Origin: an uncultured Clostridia bacterium
GTDB taxonomy: Bacteria; Bacillota; Clostridia; Christensenellales; UBA3700
Assembly: GCA_937880755.1 (NCBI GenBank)
Contig: CALGRX010000017.1
Span: 26,737-90,736, forward strand
Reading direction: 5' to 3'
DNA length: 64,000 bases
Under the pieces are notes generated by a model. It made no database searches and was not told the origin of the DNA. It saw only the letters and a list, made by a program, of their open reading frames with translations. Below are positions 55,565-64,000 of this stretch, one piece after another (the first letter of the stretch is position 1; the number at the start of each line of letters is the position of its first letter). The position numbers and the translations under genes were made by a program.

Positions 55565-56689
55565 ATGGCAGGATGGTTTAGCAGACAATTTAGAAAAGTA
55601 ATACAATGGGAAAACGACAACCCAAATACTATCGTGTGGAAATATCCGCTTGAGAGAAAAGAAGAGATTATGAAAAAATCTCAACTTGTGGTGAGAGAGG
55701 GGCAAAAGGCTCTATTTATCCAAGAGGGTAAACTTGCCGACGTATTCGGTCCCGGCACATACGAACTAAGCGACGTGCGCAATATCCCAATCCTTACTTC
55801 CCTTAATAGTTGGAAGTACGCGTGGGAAAGCCCGTATACGGGTGACGTCTACTTTATATCCACCAAGCAGTTTATCAACAACAAGTGGGGTACGGCTAAC
55901 CCCGTGATGATGAGAGATAACGACTTCGGAATGATTAGAGTGAGAGGCTTCGGTACCTATTCCTTTGCCGTGGGTACGCCTACGCAAGCTATGAACGAGC
56001 TCTTTGGCTCGATGGGCGAGCTTACCGTCAGGAATGTAGACGAATACTTCAAGAAGATTATCACCTCTACCCTCAGCAACGTCATTGCGGAGTCTAAGGT
56101 GGCTGCGCTCGACCTAGCTATGCACTACGACGAAATCACCGATATGGCTAAGGTCAAGCTGCAAGAAGAGTTTGACAAAATAGGTATAGAAATCAAGGCG
56201 CTGTTTATCGAAAATCTCTCCTTGCCTGAAGAAGTGGAGAAGATGATGGATAAGCGTGCTTCCGTGGGCGTGATGAACGGCGCTATGCAAGGATACGCTC
56301 AAATGGAGAGTATCGAGGCTATGAAATCAGCCGCAAAGAACCCCGGAGGACTTGCGGGCGCGGGCATTGGACTTGGCGCGGGACTCGGCGTTGGCAGAGT
56401 TTTTGCAGACGGTATGAGCAGTATCGCAAACGGCATCGCCGACGTGGAAGCTAAAGACACTTGTCCTAGCTGTGGCGCAAAGGTTAAGAAGGGCGCAAAA
56501 TTTTGCCCGGAATGCGGAAAGAGTATGGAAAGCACTCAAAAGTGCCCTAAGTGTGGAGCTAGCGTCAAGGTCGGTGCAAAATTTTGCCACGAGTGTGGCG
56601 CAAGCCTAGGTAGCGTTAAGTGCCCAAAATGCGGAGCCGACGTCAAAGTAGGCGCAAAATTTTGCCCTGAATGTGGTGAGAAACTGTAA
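55565..56689 (+). CDS. SPFH-domain protein (YdjI-like) with three C-terminal zinc-ribbon repeats
   Basis: The N-terminal FRKVIQWEN...LVVREGQKALFIQEGKLADVFGPGTY is typical of YdjI-like SPFH proteins. The C-terminus has CPSCGAKVKKGAKFCPECG repeated three times. Confidence 0.75.
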   Translation: MAGWFSRQFRKVIQWENDNPNTIVWKYPLERKEEIMKKSQLVVREGQKALFIQEGKLADVFGPGTYELSDVRNIPILTSLNSWKYAWESPYTGDVYFISTKQFINNKWGTANPVMMRDNDFGMIRVRGFGTYSFAVGTPTQAMNELFGSMGELTVRNVDEYFKKIITSTLSNVIAESKVAALDLAMHYDEITDMAKVKLQEEFDKIGIEIKALFIENLSLPEEVEKMMDKRASVGVMNGAMQGYAQMESIEAMKSAAKNPGGLAGAGIGLGAGLGVGRVFADGMSSIANGIADVEAKDTCPSCGAKVKKGAKFCPECGKSMESTQKCPKCGASVKVGAKFCHECGASLGSVKCPKCGADVKVGAKFCPECGEKL

Positions 56690-57765
56690 TGCAAGAGGAA
56701 AGTAAAACAATAACTTCGCGCACGTATAAATGCAAAAGTTGCGGAAACTTTTTGCACTACGACCCTACGAGTAAGAGGCTCAAGTGCGACCATTGTTCGT
56801 CGTTCTACGACTTAGAACCCGTGGGTGACGCAATGGAAGTTAGTTACGACGACAATACCGAGCAAGGCTTTGAAGCGTGGGGCGAGGTCAAGTGCGTTAA
56901 ATGCAAAAGCTGTGGCGCCGTTACCGTGCTGAACGAGTACGATATGACGGGCAATTGTCCGTTTTGCGGTGCCAACAACGTCGTGTCCGCCGACGAATTG
57001 CCGGGCCTTAAGCCAACGGGTATCTTGCCTTTTGGGGTTGCCAAAGAGACGGCGGTACAAAACTTTAAGACTTGGATCAAGAAAAAGCTCTTTGCTCCGA
57101 GTAAGTTTAAGAAAAACAACAAAAAAGAGGACGTGAGCGGTATATATCTGCCCGTGTTTACCTTCGATTGCAACGCAAGTACGCCTTATACTATCAGATA
57201 CGGCGAGTATTATTACGTCACCGTGGGTAGCGGAAAAAATAGGCGTACCGTGCAAAAAACAAGATGGTACGTGGACAGCGGTTTCGTAACTCGCGGTTAT
57301 GACGATATCCAGATAGAAGCCAGCAAGATGATAGAGCAAAATGACCTTGTCGGTATGGGCGGATTTGACTCGGGCAACTCTTGCGGATACCATTCGCAAT
57401 TTTTGGCAGGCTATCAAGGAGAGAGGTATAGCACTAGCCTCGATGATTGTTGGAATAGGGCAGTCGGCATTATCAACGACAACCTAGAAGAAGTGATAAA
57501 AAGCAAATATACCTACGACGTGTTGGATTACGTCAAGATAAATCCGTCGTACGCTAACAAAAAGTATAAGTACATATTCGTGCCGATTTGGCTGATTAGT
57601 TATCACTATAACAAAAAGCTGTACAACGATTACGTCAACGGTAGGTCGGGCATCGTAACGGGGAAGTATCCAAAATCCGCACCAAAGATTGCAAGCTTTT
57701 GCATATTTGCCCTCGCGGTGATATTTGGATTAGCTTATATAGCGTATAGGTTTTTTGCAGGGTGA
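56689..57765 (+). CDS. Zinc-ribbon protein with a C-terminal TM anchor (YdjG-like)
   Basis: CKSCGN...CDHC, CVKCKSCG...CPFCG, and a terminal TM FCIFALAVIFGLAYIAY. ATGA-type overlap with the SPFH gene. Confidence 0.55.
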   Translation: MQEESKTITSRTYKCKSCGNFLHYDPTSKRLKCDHCSSFYDLEPVGDAMEVSYDDNTEQGFEAWGEVKCVKCKSCGAVTVLNEYDMTGNCPFCGANNVVSADELPGLKPTGILPFGVAKETAVQNFKTWIKKKLFAPSKFKKNNKKEDVSGIYLPVFTFDCNASTPYTIRYGEYYYVTVGSGKNRRTVQKTRWYVDSGFVTRGYDDIQIEASKMIEQNDLVGMGGFDSGNSCGYHSQFLAGYQGERYSTSLDDCWNRAVGIINDNLEEVIKSKYTYDVLDYVKINPSYANKKYKYIFVPIWLISYHYNKKLYNDYVNGRSGIVTGKYPKSAPKIASFCIFALAVIFGLAYIAYRFFAG

Positions 57766-57768
57766 GTT

Positions 57769-58236
57769 ATGGAAAATCAAGTAAAATATAAATGCGACAA
57801 TTGTGGCGCCAATCAATTTATCGTTTTGCCAAATAACGTCATCGAATGCGAATATTGCCACACTAGGTATAAACTCAAAAATAATTCGCCAAAAGCAGAA
57901 TTTACCGTGGGCGGTAACAAGGCGACCTTTGACTTCGGCGACGTGGGCGAAAAGATAAGCGAAAAAATCGATAACGCCAAGGAGAAATTGAATAGCAACT
58001 CTGCGATTAGACAAAAGACTATATTCTGCGTGTTGTCGATATTTTTGGGAAGCATCGGCGCACACGACCTACTTAGGGGCAATATAATGGGATTTGTGTT
58101 TAGCTTGATATTCTGCTGGACGGGTATACCTATGATATTAGGACTGATTTGGGGCATCAAGGCGCTGTGTATGACCGACGAAAAATGGCAAGAGTTGATT
58201 GAGGAACACAAAGGTTGTCTCATCAGTCGCTTGTAA
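57769..58236 (+). CDS. Zinc-ribbon plus TM2-domain membrane protein
   Basis: CDNCG...CEYCH, then VLSIFLGSIGAHDLLRGN...GIPMILGLIWGI, which resembles the TM2 domain. Confidence 0.55.
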   Translation: MENQVKYKCDNCGANQFIVLPNNVIECEYCHTRYKLKNNSPKAEFTVGGNKATFDFGDVGEKISEKIDNAKEKLNSNSAIRQKTIFCVLSIFLGSIGAHDLLRGNIMGFVFSLIFCWTGIPMILGLIWGIKALCMTDEKWQELIEEHKGCLISRL

Positions 58237-58295
58237 AAAATAGTAAAATAATATATAATATAAATATCTATAACAATATAGTAAAGGAGAATAAT

Positions 58296-58502
58296 ATGGA
58301 AATAACCAAAGATATGTTGATAGCAGACGCTCTTAGAGCAGGCAATACCGAAGCAATCGCTTCGACTCTCCAATCCATCGGTATGCATTGCTTCGGCTGT
58401 GCAATGGCTAGAGGGGAAACGGTAGAAGAGGCCGCTATGGTGCACGGAATGGACGTGGACGACCTCGTAAAGCAACTCAACGTTGCCGCTAAGAGCGAGT
58501 AA
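58296..58502 (+). CDS. DUF1858 / hybrid-cluster-protein-associated redox disulfide domain protein
   Basis: ITKDMLIADAL...GMHCFGCAMARGETVEEAAMVHG is the characteristic CxxC-containing small domain. AAAGGAGA SD before ATG 58296. Confidence 0.65.
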   Translation: MEITKDMLIADALRAGNTEAIASTLQSIGMHCFGCAMARGETVEEAAMVHGMDVDDLVKQLNVAAKSE

Positions 58503-58525
58503 GAAATGAGATTGTATTGAAAAAA

Positions 58526-58557
58526 TGCCCATTCTTGTTGGAATGGGTATTTTTTTT
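58526..58557 (+). terminator. Rho-independent terminator
   Basis: TGCCCATTC TTGTTG GAATGGGTA followed by TTTTTTTT. Confidence 0.8.
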
Positions 58558-58683
58558 GAGTGAGATTGCCACAGACGCTATGCACCTTTTGGCTAACGCA
58601 TAACGTAGACAACGGAATGACACCACAACTATTGTCTACGATCCACCGCACGACGTAAAAGTAATGACGTTGGATTTGTACGA

Positions 58684-59100
58684 TTATTGCTCAGGCATAT
58701 CTTGCAGGTAAGAACCGAGCAACGTGTGGACAGCGTTCCCGATGTGGTAGTATTTGCCGCCGACTATCATATATTGACCTAAAATGGAGATGGATTGCTC
58801 CTTTTGCGCGCCTATGAGGTTGGTACGGTAGACACTACCGTCAAGGTAAGGATTGCCACACGCTTTGACTTGGCTAGATTGCAATATTGCAACGAATAGT
58901 TGGACGTCGGTAGAAGAAAGTTCGAATTGGATATTATCGTCGGGGGAACAAGAAGAAAGGGTGACTTGCACTTTTTCTATGTCGTCCAACTCTACTATTT
59001 TGTCGATTGGGGGGTGGGTTGCTACATTGTAAATCAATATAATCGCCAAAACTATCGTAACTATTGCCAAGAGACTAACTATAATGGTTGATTTTTTCAT
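58684..59100 (-). CDS. Membrane-anchored hypothetical protein
   Basis: N-terminal TM/signal anchor MKKSTIIVSLLAIVTIVLAIILIY. I recognise no family. Confidence 0.5.
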   Translation of the reverse strand: MKKSTIIVSLLAIVTIVLAIILIYNVATHPPIDKIVELDDIEKVQVTLSSCSPDDNIQFELSSTDVQLFVAILQSSQVKACGNPYLDGSVYRTNLIGAQKEQSISILGQYMIVGGKYYHIGNAVHTLLGSYLQDMPEQ

Positions 59101-59632
59101 AATAAGATACCTCGCGTATTGTATTATTTCGTTTTCATATTACTTTGAATATTCATTTTGATTATTACTCTTTCTACTATAAAGGTACAAAAAATCGTCA
59201 TTTTGTTACAGCAATATCAGTTTTTATTTATTTTGATTTACCGTATCATATTTTACTGCTTAGGGGAGGGGATGTTAGAGAGCCAAACACGCCTTGCTCG
59301 CTCACAATGACATAATCAATACCTCCGTCTCGGCACAGCCGCGCTACCTCAAATTGCACGAAGGAGGCTTTTAGTCGTTTGCCGTAACTTTGATTCGATT
59401 GCAGTTATTGTGTAATCATCGTTTATCGTTTGGCTTACTCTTCTATCTACGACCTATTTGTGAACCTACGGCACACTCTAACATCATATCTACTACGCAA
59501 TACTGCGATATATATACAGTCAAAATTGTGTCAAGTATAGGTCAAACACCACAAGATATTGGAAAAATTACCAAAAATAGTAAATTTTACATAAATTTTA
59601 CAAAACTTTTTTACAAAATTATTTCCAAACGT

Positions 59633-59661
59633 TTGACAGGTTTTTCAATTTAATATAAGAT
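59633..59661 (+). promoter_or_regulatory. Candidate S10-operon promoter preceded by an AT-rich UP-like region
   Basis: TTGACA, 17-nt spacer, TAAGAT. ATTTTACA is repeated three times upstream. Confidence 0.45.
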
Positions 59662-59749
59662 AAACGAGCATTGTGAGGAATGATGCGGGAGGTTACTGCC
59701 TTGGCAGAGAACTTTCGCTGACAAGAGTCCGACAATCGGGCGACTAACG

Positions 59750-59774
59750 AGGACTACTGCTGGTCCTTTTTATT
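59750..59774 (+). terminator. Terminator-like hairpin inside the rpsJ leader (possible attenuator)
   Basis: AGGAC(T) ACTGCT (G)GTCCT followed by TTTTTATT, about 60 nt before the rpsJ ATG. Confidence 0.4.
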
Positions 59775-59831
59775 AGAGGCAATGCGAAACACACGGATGC
59801 GTGAATACAAGTTAGGAAAGGAGAAACAAAA

Positions 59832-60140
59832 ATGGCAGGACAAAAAATCAGAATAAGACTTAGAGCTTATGATCACAACCTCATCGACGTTGCGGCTGAC
59901 AAAATCGTTGAGACGGCAAAGAGAAGCGGTGTTAAGGTCGCAGGACCTATCCCACTCCCAACTGATAAAGAAGTTATTACTATTATCAGAGCAGTGCACA
60001 AGTATAAGGATAGCAGAGAGCAATTCGAACTTAGAACGCACAAGAGAATTATCGATATCTACAACCCAACCCCTAAGTCGGTAGACGCCTTGATGAAGTT
60101 GGATTTGCCTGCAGGCGTTGATATCAATATCAAATTTTAA
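59832..60140 (+). CDS. rpsJ: 30S ribosomal protein S10
   Basis: Unmistakable S10 sequence ([11 protein letters not shown]...). Confidence 0.97.
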   Translation: MAGQKIRIRLRAYDHNLIDVAADKIVETAKRSGVKVAGPIPLPTDKEVITIIRAVHKYKDSREQFELRTHKRIIDIYNPTPKSVDALMKLDLPAGVDINIKF

Positions 60141-60193
60141 TTGACACAAAGATTGCATCGCAATCAGAAAATATTTGGAGGTGAACTTTATCT

Positions 60194-60823
60194 ATGAATA
60201 AAGCAATCATTGGAAAGAAATTGGGAATGAGTCAAATTTTTGCAAAAGACGGCAAAGTTATCCCTGTAACCGTTGTGGAAGCAGGTCCTTGCCCTGTCGT
60301 GCAAAAGAAAACTCTTGAAAAGGACGGCTATCAGGCTGTTCAACTCGCTTACGGCGACGTAAAAGAGAAGAACGTCAACAAGCCACTCAAGGGTCACTAC
60401 AAAAAGGCGGGAGTTGCCGTACGCAAAGTCCTCAAAGAGTTGAAACTCGACAACATTGACAGCCTCGAAGTCGGACAAGAAATCAAGTGCGACGTATTCG
60501 CAGAGGGCGACGTGGTTGACGTAGTAGGTACTTCGAAGGGACACGGTTTTACCGGCGTAGTTAAGAGATGGAATCATCACTGCGGTCCTATGGCTCACGG
60601 TTCGGGCTACCACAGAGGCGTTGGTTCTATGGGCGCAAACTCTTCTCCTTCGAGAGTTTTCAAAAACAAGAAGATGTCAGGTCAGTGGGGTAACGAGAGA
60701 GTAACCGTCAAGAACCTCACCGTAGTAAAAGTCGATGCAAACCGCAATCTTCTGCTTATCAAGGGTGCTATACCGGGCGCAAAGGGCGGTATCGTAGTCG
60801 TTAAGCAAACCAAGAACGGTTAA
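60194..60823 (+). CDS. rplC: 50S ribosomal protein L3
   Basis: [10 protein letters not shown]...VTVVEAGPC. Confidence 0.97.
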   Translation: MNKAIIGKKLGMSQIFAKDGKVIPVTVVEAGPCPVVQKKTLEKDGYQAVQLAYGDVKEKNVNKPLKGHYKKAGVAVRKVLKELKLDNIDSLEVGQEIKCDVFAEGDVVDVVGTSKGHGFTGVVKRWNHHCGPMAHGSGYHRGVGSMGANSSPSRVFKNKKMSGQWGNERVTVKNLTVVKVDANRNLLLIKGAIPGAKGGIVVVKQTKNG

Positions 60824-60833
60824 GGAGTGAATT

Positions 60834-61454
60834 ATGAAAATAGACGTTTTTAATCTTGAAGCTAAGAAAGTCGGCGATATGGAATTGAACGAGGCTGTGT
60901 TCGGTCAAGAATACAACGAGGCTCTCATTCATCAAGTAGTCGTTGCTCAACTGGCAAATAAAAGACAAGGCAATAAAAGCACTTTGACCCGTTCGGAAGT
61001 TAGAGGCGGAGGCGCTAAGCCTTGGAGACAAAAGGGCACAGGTCGTGCTAGACAAGGTAGCATCAGAAGTCCACAATGGACGGGCGGTGGAGTGGTATTT
61101 GCACCAAAGCAAAGAGACTTTAGCCAAAAAATCAACAAGAAGATGAGAGTTGCGGCTACGATCAGCGCGCTCAGCGCAAAAGTTGCGGACAACAAGATGG
61201 TAGTAGTAGAAAACCTTGCTTTCGAGCAAGCTAAGACCAAGCTCGCCGCTCAAATGCTCAAAGCATTCGATATCAAAGGCAGAGTCATCGTGTTGACCGA
61301 CAAGGACGACGAAACCGTTTTGAGAGCTTGTGCTAACATCCAAAACGTGACGGTATGCAACGTAGATCTCATCAACGTATACGACCTCGTTGCCAACGCA
61401 GATTGCATCGCAACACAGGCCGCTATCCGTAAACTCGAGGAGGTATATGCATAA
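60834..61454 (+). CDS. rplD: 50S ribosomal protein L4
   Basis: GGGAKPWRQKGTGRARQGSIRSPQW. Confidence 0.97.
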   Translation: MKIDVFNLEAKKVGDMELNEAVFGQEYNEALIHQVVVAQLANKRQGNKSTLTRSEVRGGGAKPWRQKGTGRARQGSIRSPQWTGGGVVFAPKQRDFSQKINKKMRVAATISALSAKVADNKMVVVENLAFEQAKTKLAAQMLKAFDIKGRVIVLTDKDDETVLRACANIQNVTVCNVDLINVYDLVANADCIATQAAIRKLEEVYA

Positions 61455-61744
61455 TGAATAAGTACGATATTATTATTTGTCCTATTCTTACAGAAAAGAG
61501 CTTCGACTCTATCCCTGATAAGAAATATACTTTCAAAGTTGCTAAGGACGCTACCAAAACTCAAATCAAAGTGGCTATCGAGGACATCTTTGGAGTGAAG
61601 GTTGCAAAAGTAAACACCACTAACGTTGACGGTAAGAAGAAGAGAATGGGAAGATACGAAGGTACTACCGCTCCTTACAAGAAGGCTATCGTTCAACTCA
61701 AAGCAGACAGCAAGGCAATCGAATTCTTCGAGAGTCTGGCTTAA
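61454..61744 (+). CDS. rplW: 50S ribosomal protein L23
   Basis: Position in the operon and ILTEKS...YTFKV. Confidence 0.95.
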   Translation: MNKYDIIICPILTEKSFDSIPDKKYTFKVAKDATKTQIKVAIEDIFGVKVAKVNTTNVDGKKKRMGRYEGTTAPYKKAIVQLKADSKAIEFFESLA

Positions 61745-61761
61745 TCGGGAGGGAATATACA

Positions 61762-62586
61762 ATGGCTATAAAAAGATTTAAACCGACTTCTCCTGCTCGT
61801 CGTTTTATGACGGTTTCGACCTTTAGCGAAATAACCACGACAAAGCCAGAAAAGAGCTTGTTGGAGTCGAAAAACAGAACCGGCGGTAGAAACGCTAACG
61901 GTAGAATTACCGTAAGACATATCGGCGGTGGCAATAGAAACAAGTACAGAATTATTGACTTTAAGCGTAATAAGGACGACGTAGTAGCAACCGTTGCTTC
62001 TATCGAATACGATCCAAACCGCAGCGCAAATATCGCTTTGCTCAACTACGCAGACGGCGAGAAGAGATATATTCTTGCTCCCGTAGGACTCAACAAGGGC
62101 GACAAAGTGATGAGCGGTGAAAACGCAGACATCAAAGTGGGCAACGCGCTTCCTTTGGAAAAGATACCTGTAGGTACCATGCTCCACAACATAGAGATGC
62201 AACCAGGCAAGGGCGGTCAAATCGCTCGTTCTGCAGGCAACGCGGCTCAGTTGATGGCTAAGGAAGGCAAGTACGCAACGCTCAGACTGCCAAGCGGAGA
62301 AATGAGATACATTCCTCTCAAGTGCAGAGCAACTATCGGTCAGGTAGGCAATCTCGAACACGAGATAGTTTCTATCGGTAAGGCAGGACGTAAACGTCAT
62401 ATGGGTGTTAAGCCAACCGTCCGTGGTGTGGTTATGAACCCTTGCGATCACCCACACGGTGGTGGTGAAGGTAAGAGCCCTATCGGTATGCCAAGCCCTG
62501 TAACTCCTTGGGGTGTACCAACCATGGGTTACAAGACCAGAAAGAAGAACAAGAGCAACAAGTATATTGTTAAGCGTATTAACTAG
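61762..62586 (+). CDS. rplB: 50S ribosomal protein L2
   Basis: [16 protein letters not shown]. Confidence 0.97.
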   Translation: MAIKRFKPTSPARRFMTVSTFSEITTTKPEKSLLESKNRTGGRNANGRITVRHIGGGNRNKYRIIDFKRNKDDVVATVASIEYDPNRSANIALLNYADGEKRYILAPVGLNKGDKVMSGENADIKVGNALPLEKIPVGTMLHNIEMQPGKGGQIARSAGNAAQLMAKEGKYATLRLPSGEMRYIPLKCRATIGQVGNLEHEIVSIGKAGRKRHMGVKPTVRGVVMNPCDHPHGGGEGKSPIGMPSPVTPWGVPTMGYKTRKKNKSNKYIVKRIN

Positions 62587-62600
62587 GAGGAACGGTATAA

Positions 62601-62879
62601 ATGAGCAGATCAGTTAAAAAAGGACCTTTCGTAGAAGAAAGATTGATTAAAAGAATCATTGCCATGAACCAAGCAAATGAGAAAAAGTTGGTAAAGACCT
62701 GGTCCAGATCTTCGACGATTTTCCCTGATATGGTAGGACATACCATCGCAGTTCATGACGGAAGAAAACACGTTCCTGTATATATCACCGAAGATATGGT
62801 AGGCTGCAAGCTCGGCGAGTTCGCTCCGACCAGAACCTTCAAAGGCCATGCCGGCGAAAAGACAACAGGCAAGAAATAA
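62601..62879 (+). CDS. rpsS: 30S ribosomal protein S19
   Basis: [11 protein letters not shown]...[17 protein letters not shown]. Confidence 0.97.
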   Translation: MSRSVKKGPFVEERLIKRIIAMNQANEKKLVKTWSRSSTIFPDMVGHTIAVHDGRKHVPVYITEDMVGCKLGEFAPTRTFKGHAGEKTTGKK

Positions 62880-62891
62880 TAGGAGGATAAT

Positions 62892-63281
62892 ATGGCTACT
62901 AGAATTAGAGAAAAAGCTATTGCTCGTCAAGAGAACGCCGACAAGCGTCCGAGAGCGGTTGCAAAATATATAAGAATATCTCCTGACAAAGTGCGTGTAG
63001 TGCTTGACGTTATCAGAGGTCAGAAATATACGGACGCAGTTGCAATTCTCAAGACTTTGAGAAAAGCTGCTAGCGAACCTCTCCTCAAAGTGTTGAATTC
63101 GGCTGCCGCTAATGCGGAAAACAACCTCAACATGAACAAGAGTGAGTTGTACGTAGCAGAATGTTTTGCCAACGCAGGTCCTATCCTTAAGAGAATTACT
63201 CCAAAGGCTAAGGGAAGCGCAGGCAGAATAAACAAAAGAACAAGCCACATCACGATTATTCTTGATGCTGTGGCTGAGTAA
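62892..63281 (+). CDS. rplV: 50S ribosomal protein L22
   Basis: Operon position and the [15 protein letters not shown] motif. Confidence 0.95.
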   Translation: MATRIREKAIARQENADKRPRAVAKYIRISPDKVRVVLDVIRGQKYTDAVAILKTLRKAASEPLLKVLNSAAANAENNLNMNKSELYVAECFANAGPILKRITPKAKGSAGRINKRTSHITIILDAVAE

Positions 63282-63295
63282 GAAGGAGGTATAAG

Positions 63296-63979
63296 ATGGG
63301 TCAAAAAGTTAGTCCACACGGATTGAGAGTAGGCGTTATTAAAGATTGGAATGCTCAATGGTTTGCAGACAAGAAGAATTTTTCTACCAATCTTGTAGAA
63401 GACCACAAAATCAGAGAGTTTTTGAAGAACAAATACTATCAAAATGGTATCTCCAAAATTACTATCAACAGAGTTCTTTCTTCTGCTAACGATATCGTTA
63501 CGGTAAACATCTATACGTCCAAACCTGCTACCTTGATTGGTAAAGCCGGCGCAAACGTAGAAGAAATCAAGAAAGAAGTTATGAAAATTGCTCCTAAGAA
63601 GAGCGTAGTTATCAACATCATCGAAGTAAAGAGACCTGATACCGACGCTCAACTCATCGCCGAGAACATTGCCGAGCAACTCGAAAAGCGCGTAGCTTTT
63701 AGAAGAGCTATGAAGCAAGTGATTTCTCGTGCTATGAAAGGTGGCGTTAAGGGTATCAAAACTATGGTATCCGGTCGTCTTGACGGAGCAGAAATCGCAA
63801 GAAGCGAAAACTATCACGAAGGTTCTATCCCACTTCAAACCATTAGAGCCGACATCGAATACGGTGTTGCTACCGCAAGAACTACTTACGGTGCTATCGG
63901 CGTAAAGGTATGGGTTTATAAGGGAGAAGTTCTTGGCGGTAAGACTGTAGTCGATGCTAAAGAAGGAGGTAACGCGTAA
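63296..63979 (+). CDS. rpsC: 30S ribosomal protein S3
   Basis: [13 protein letters not shown]... Confidence 0.97.
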   Translation: MGQKVSPHGLRVGVIKDWNAQWFADKKNFSTNLVEDHKIREFLKNKYYQNGISKITINRVLSSANDIVTVNIYTSKPATLIGKAGANVEEIKKEVMKIAPKKSVVINIIEVKRPDTDAQLIAENIAEQLEKRVAFRRAMKQVISRAMKGGVKGIKTMVSGRLDGAEIARSENYHEGSIPLQTIRADIEYGVATARTTYGAIGVKVWVYKGEVLGGKTVVDAKEGGNA

Positions 63980-64000
63980 TGTTGATGCCTAAGAGAGTAA
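63979..64000 (+). CDS. rplP: 50S ribosomal protein L16 (3' truncated by the window end)
   Basis: TAATG overlap with rpsC. Begins MLMPKRV. Confidence 0.85.

Noticed and set aside
59255-59420. Minus-strand open frame (...ASFVQFEVARLCRDGGIDYVIVSEQGVFGSLTSPPLSSKI) as a gene remnant
   Set aside because: It spans only about 55 codons, has no start codon and belongs to no family I recognise. It could be chance.

Overview
The window looks like a chromosome segment of a Bacillota (Clostridia-like) bacterium and has two parts. All family assignments come from motif recognition by eye; no searches or computations were run.

**Part 1, about 1-20.4 kb.** This is a visibly AT-richer integrated mobile element whose left end lies outside the window. 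It resembles an SPbeta-like prophage segment or an integrative mobilizable element. Its content is:
- the C-terminal part of a YonO/RdRP-like single-subunit RNA polymerase
- a soluble FtsH-like AAA-protease
- a small ORF coupled to an ADP-ribosylglycohydrolase
- an HTH-Fic gene followed by two unknown genes (a coiled-coil protein and a membrane protein)
- a divergent XRE/Abi_2 pair
- an anaerobic RNR module: nrdG, nrdD, a phosphoesterase and a dNMP kinase
- a tight operon of cytoplasmic BspA-type LRR protein, orphan DNA methyltransferase, Smr domain protein and DEDDh exonuclease
- a right-end module with an oriT-like repeat, a MobV relaxase, a small ORF and a large serine recombinase

The junction zone (19.6-20.6 kb) holds ORFs without ATG or RBS and a reading frame broken by one stop codon.

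**Part 2, 20.6-64 kb.** This is ordinary core genome:
- a cobalamin riboswitch controlling a DUF4430 lipoprotein and an ECF-S-like membrane protein
- a GPH transporter and a GH18 hydrolase
- Rrf2-metY-cysK and tRNA-Thr(GGU)
- a dnaB(Bsu)/dnaI-like pair and an ABC-2 exporter
- rex-greA-lysS, then yaaO-like-tmk-holB-ricT
- an unlisted 56-aa ferredoxin
- pyrBCFKD and pyrE, punA, mtaD, an ABC-F ATPase and an AsnC/aminotransferase pair
- a 1.2-kb gene-free region with candidate small RNAs and an unlisted 32-aa Lys/Cys-rich ORF
- an SPFH / zinc-ribbon / TM2 operon
- the start of the S10 ribosomal protein operon

I saw no rRNA and no CRISPR array.

**Most interesting candidates:**
- the LRR-MTase-Smr-exonuclease operon
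- the small-ORF/ARH pair and the Fic-plus-two-unknowns module
- an 84-bp tandem repeat carrying three antisense promoter-like elements
- the RNA-rich gene-free region at 54.3-55.5 kb
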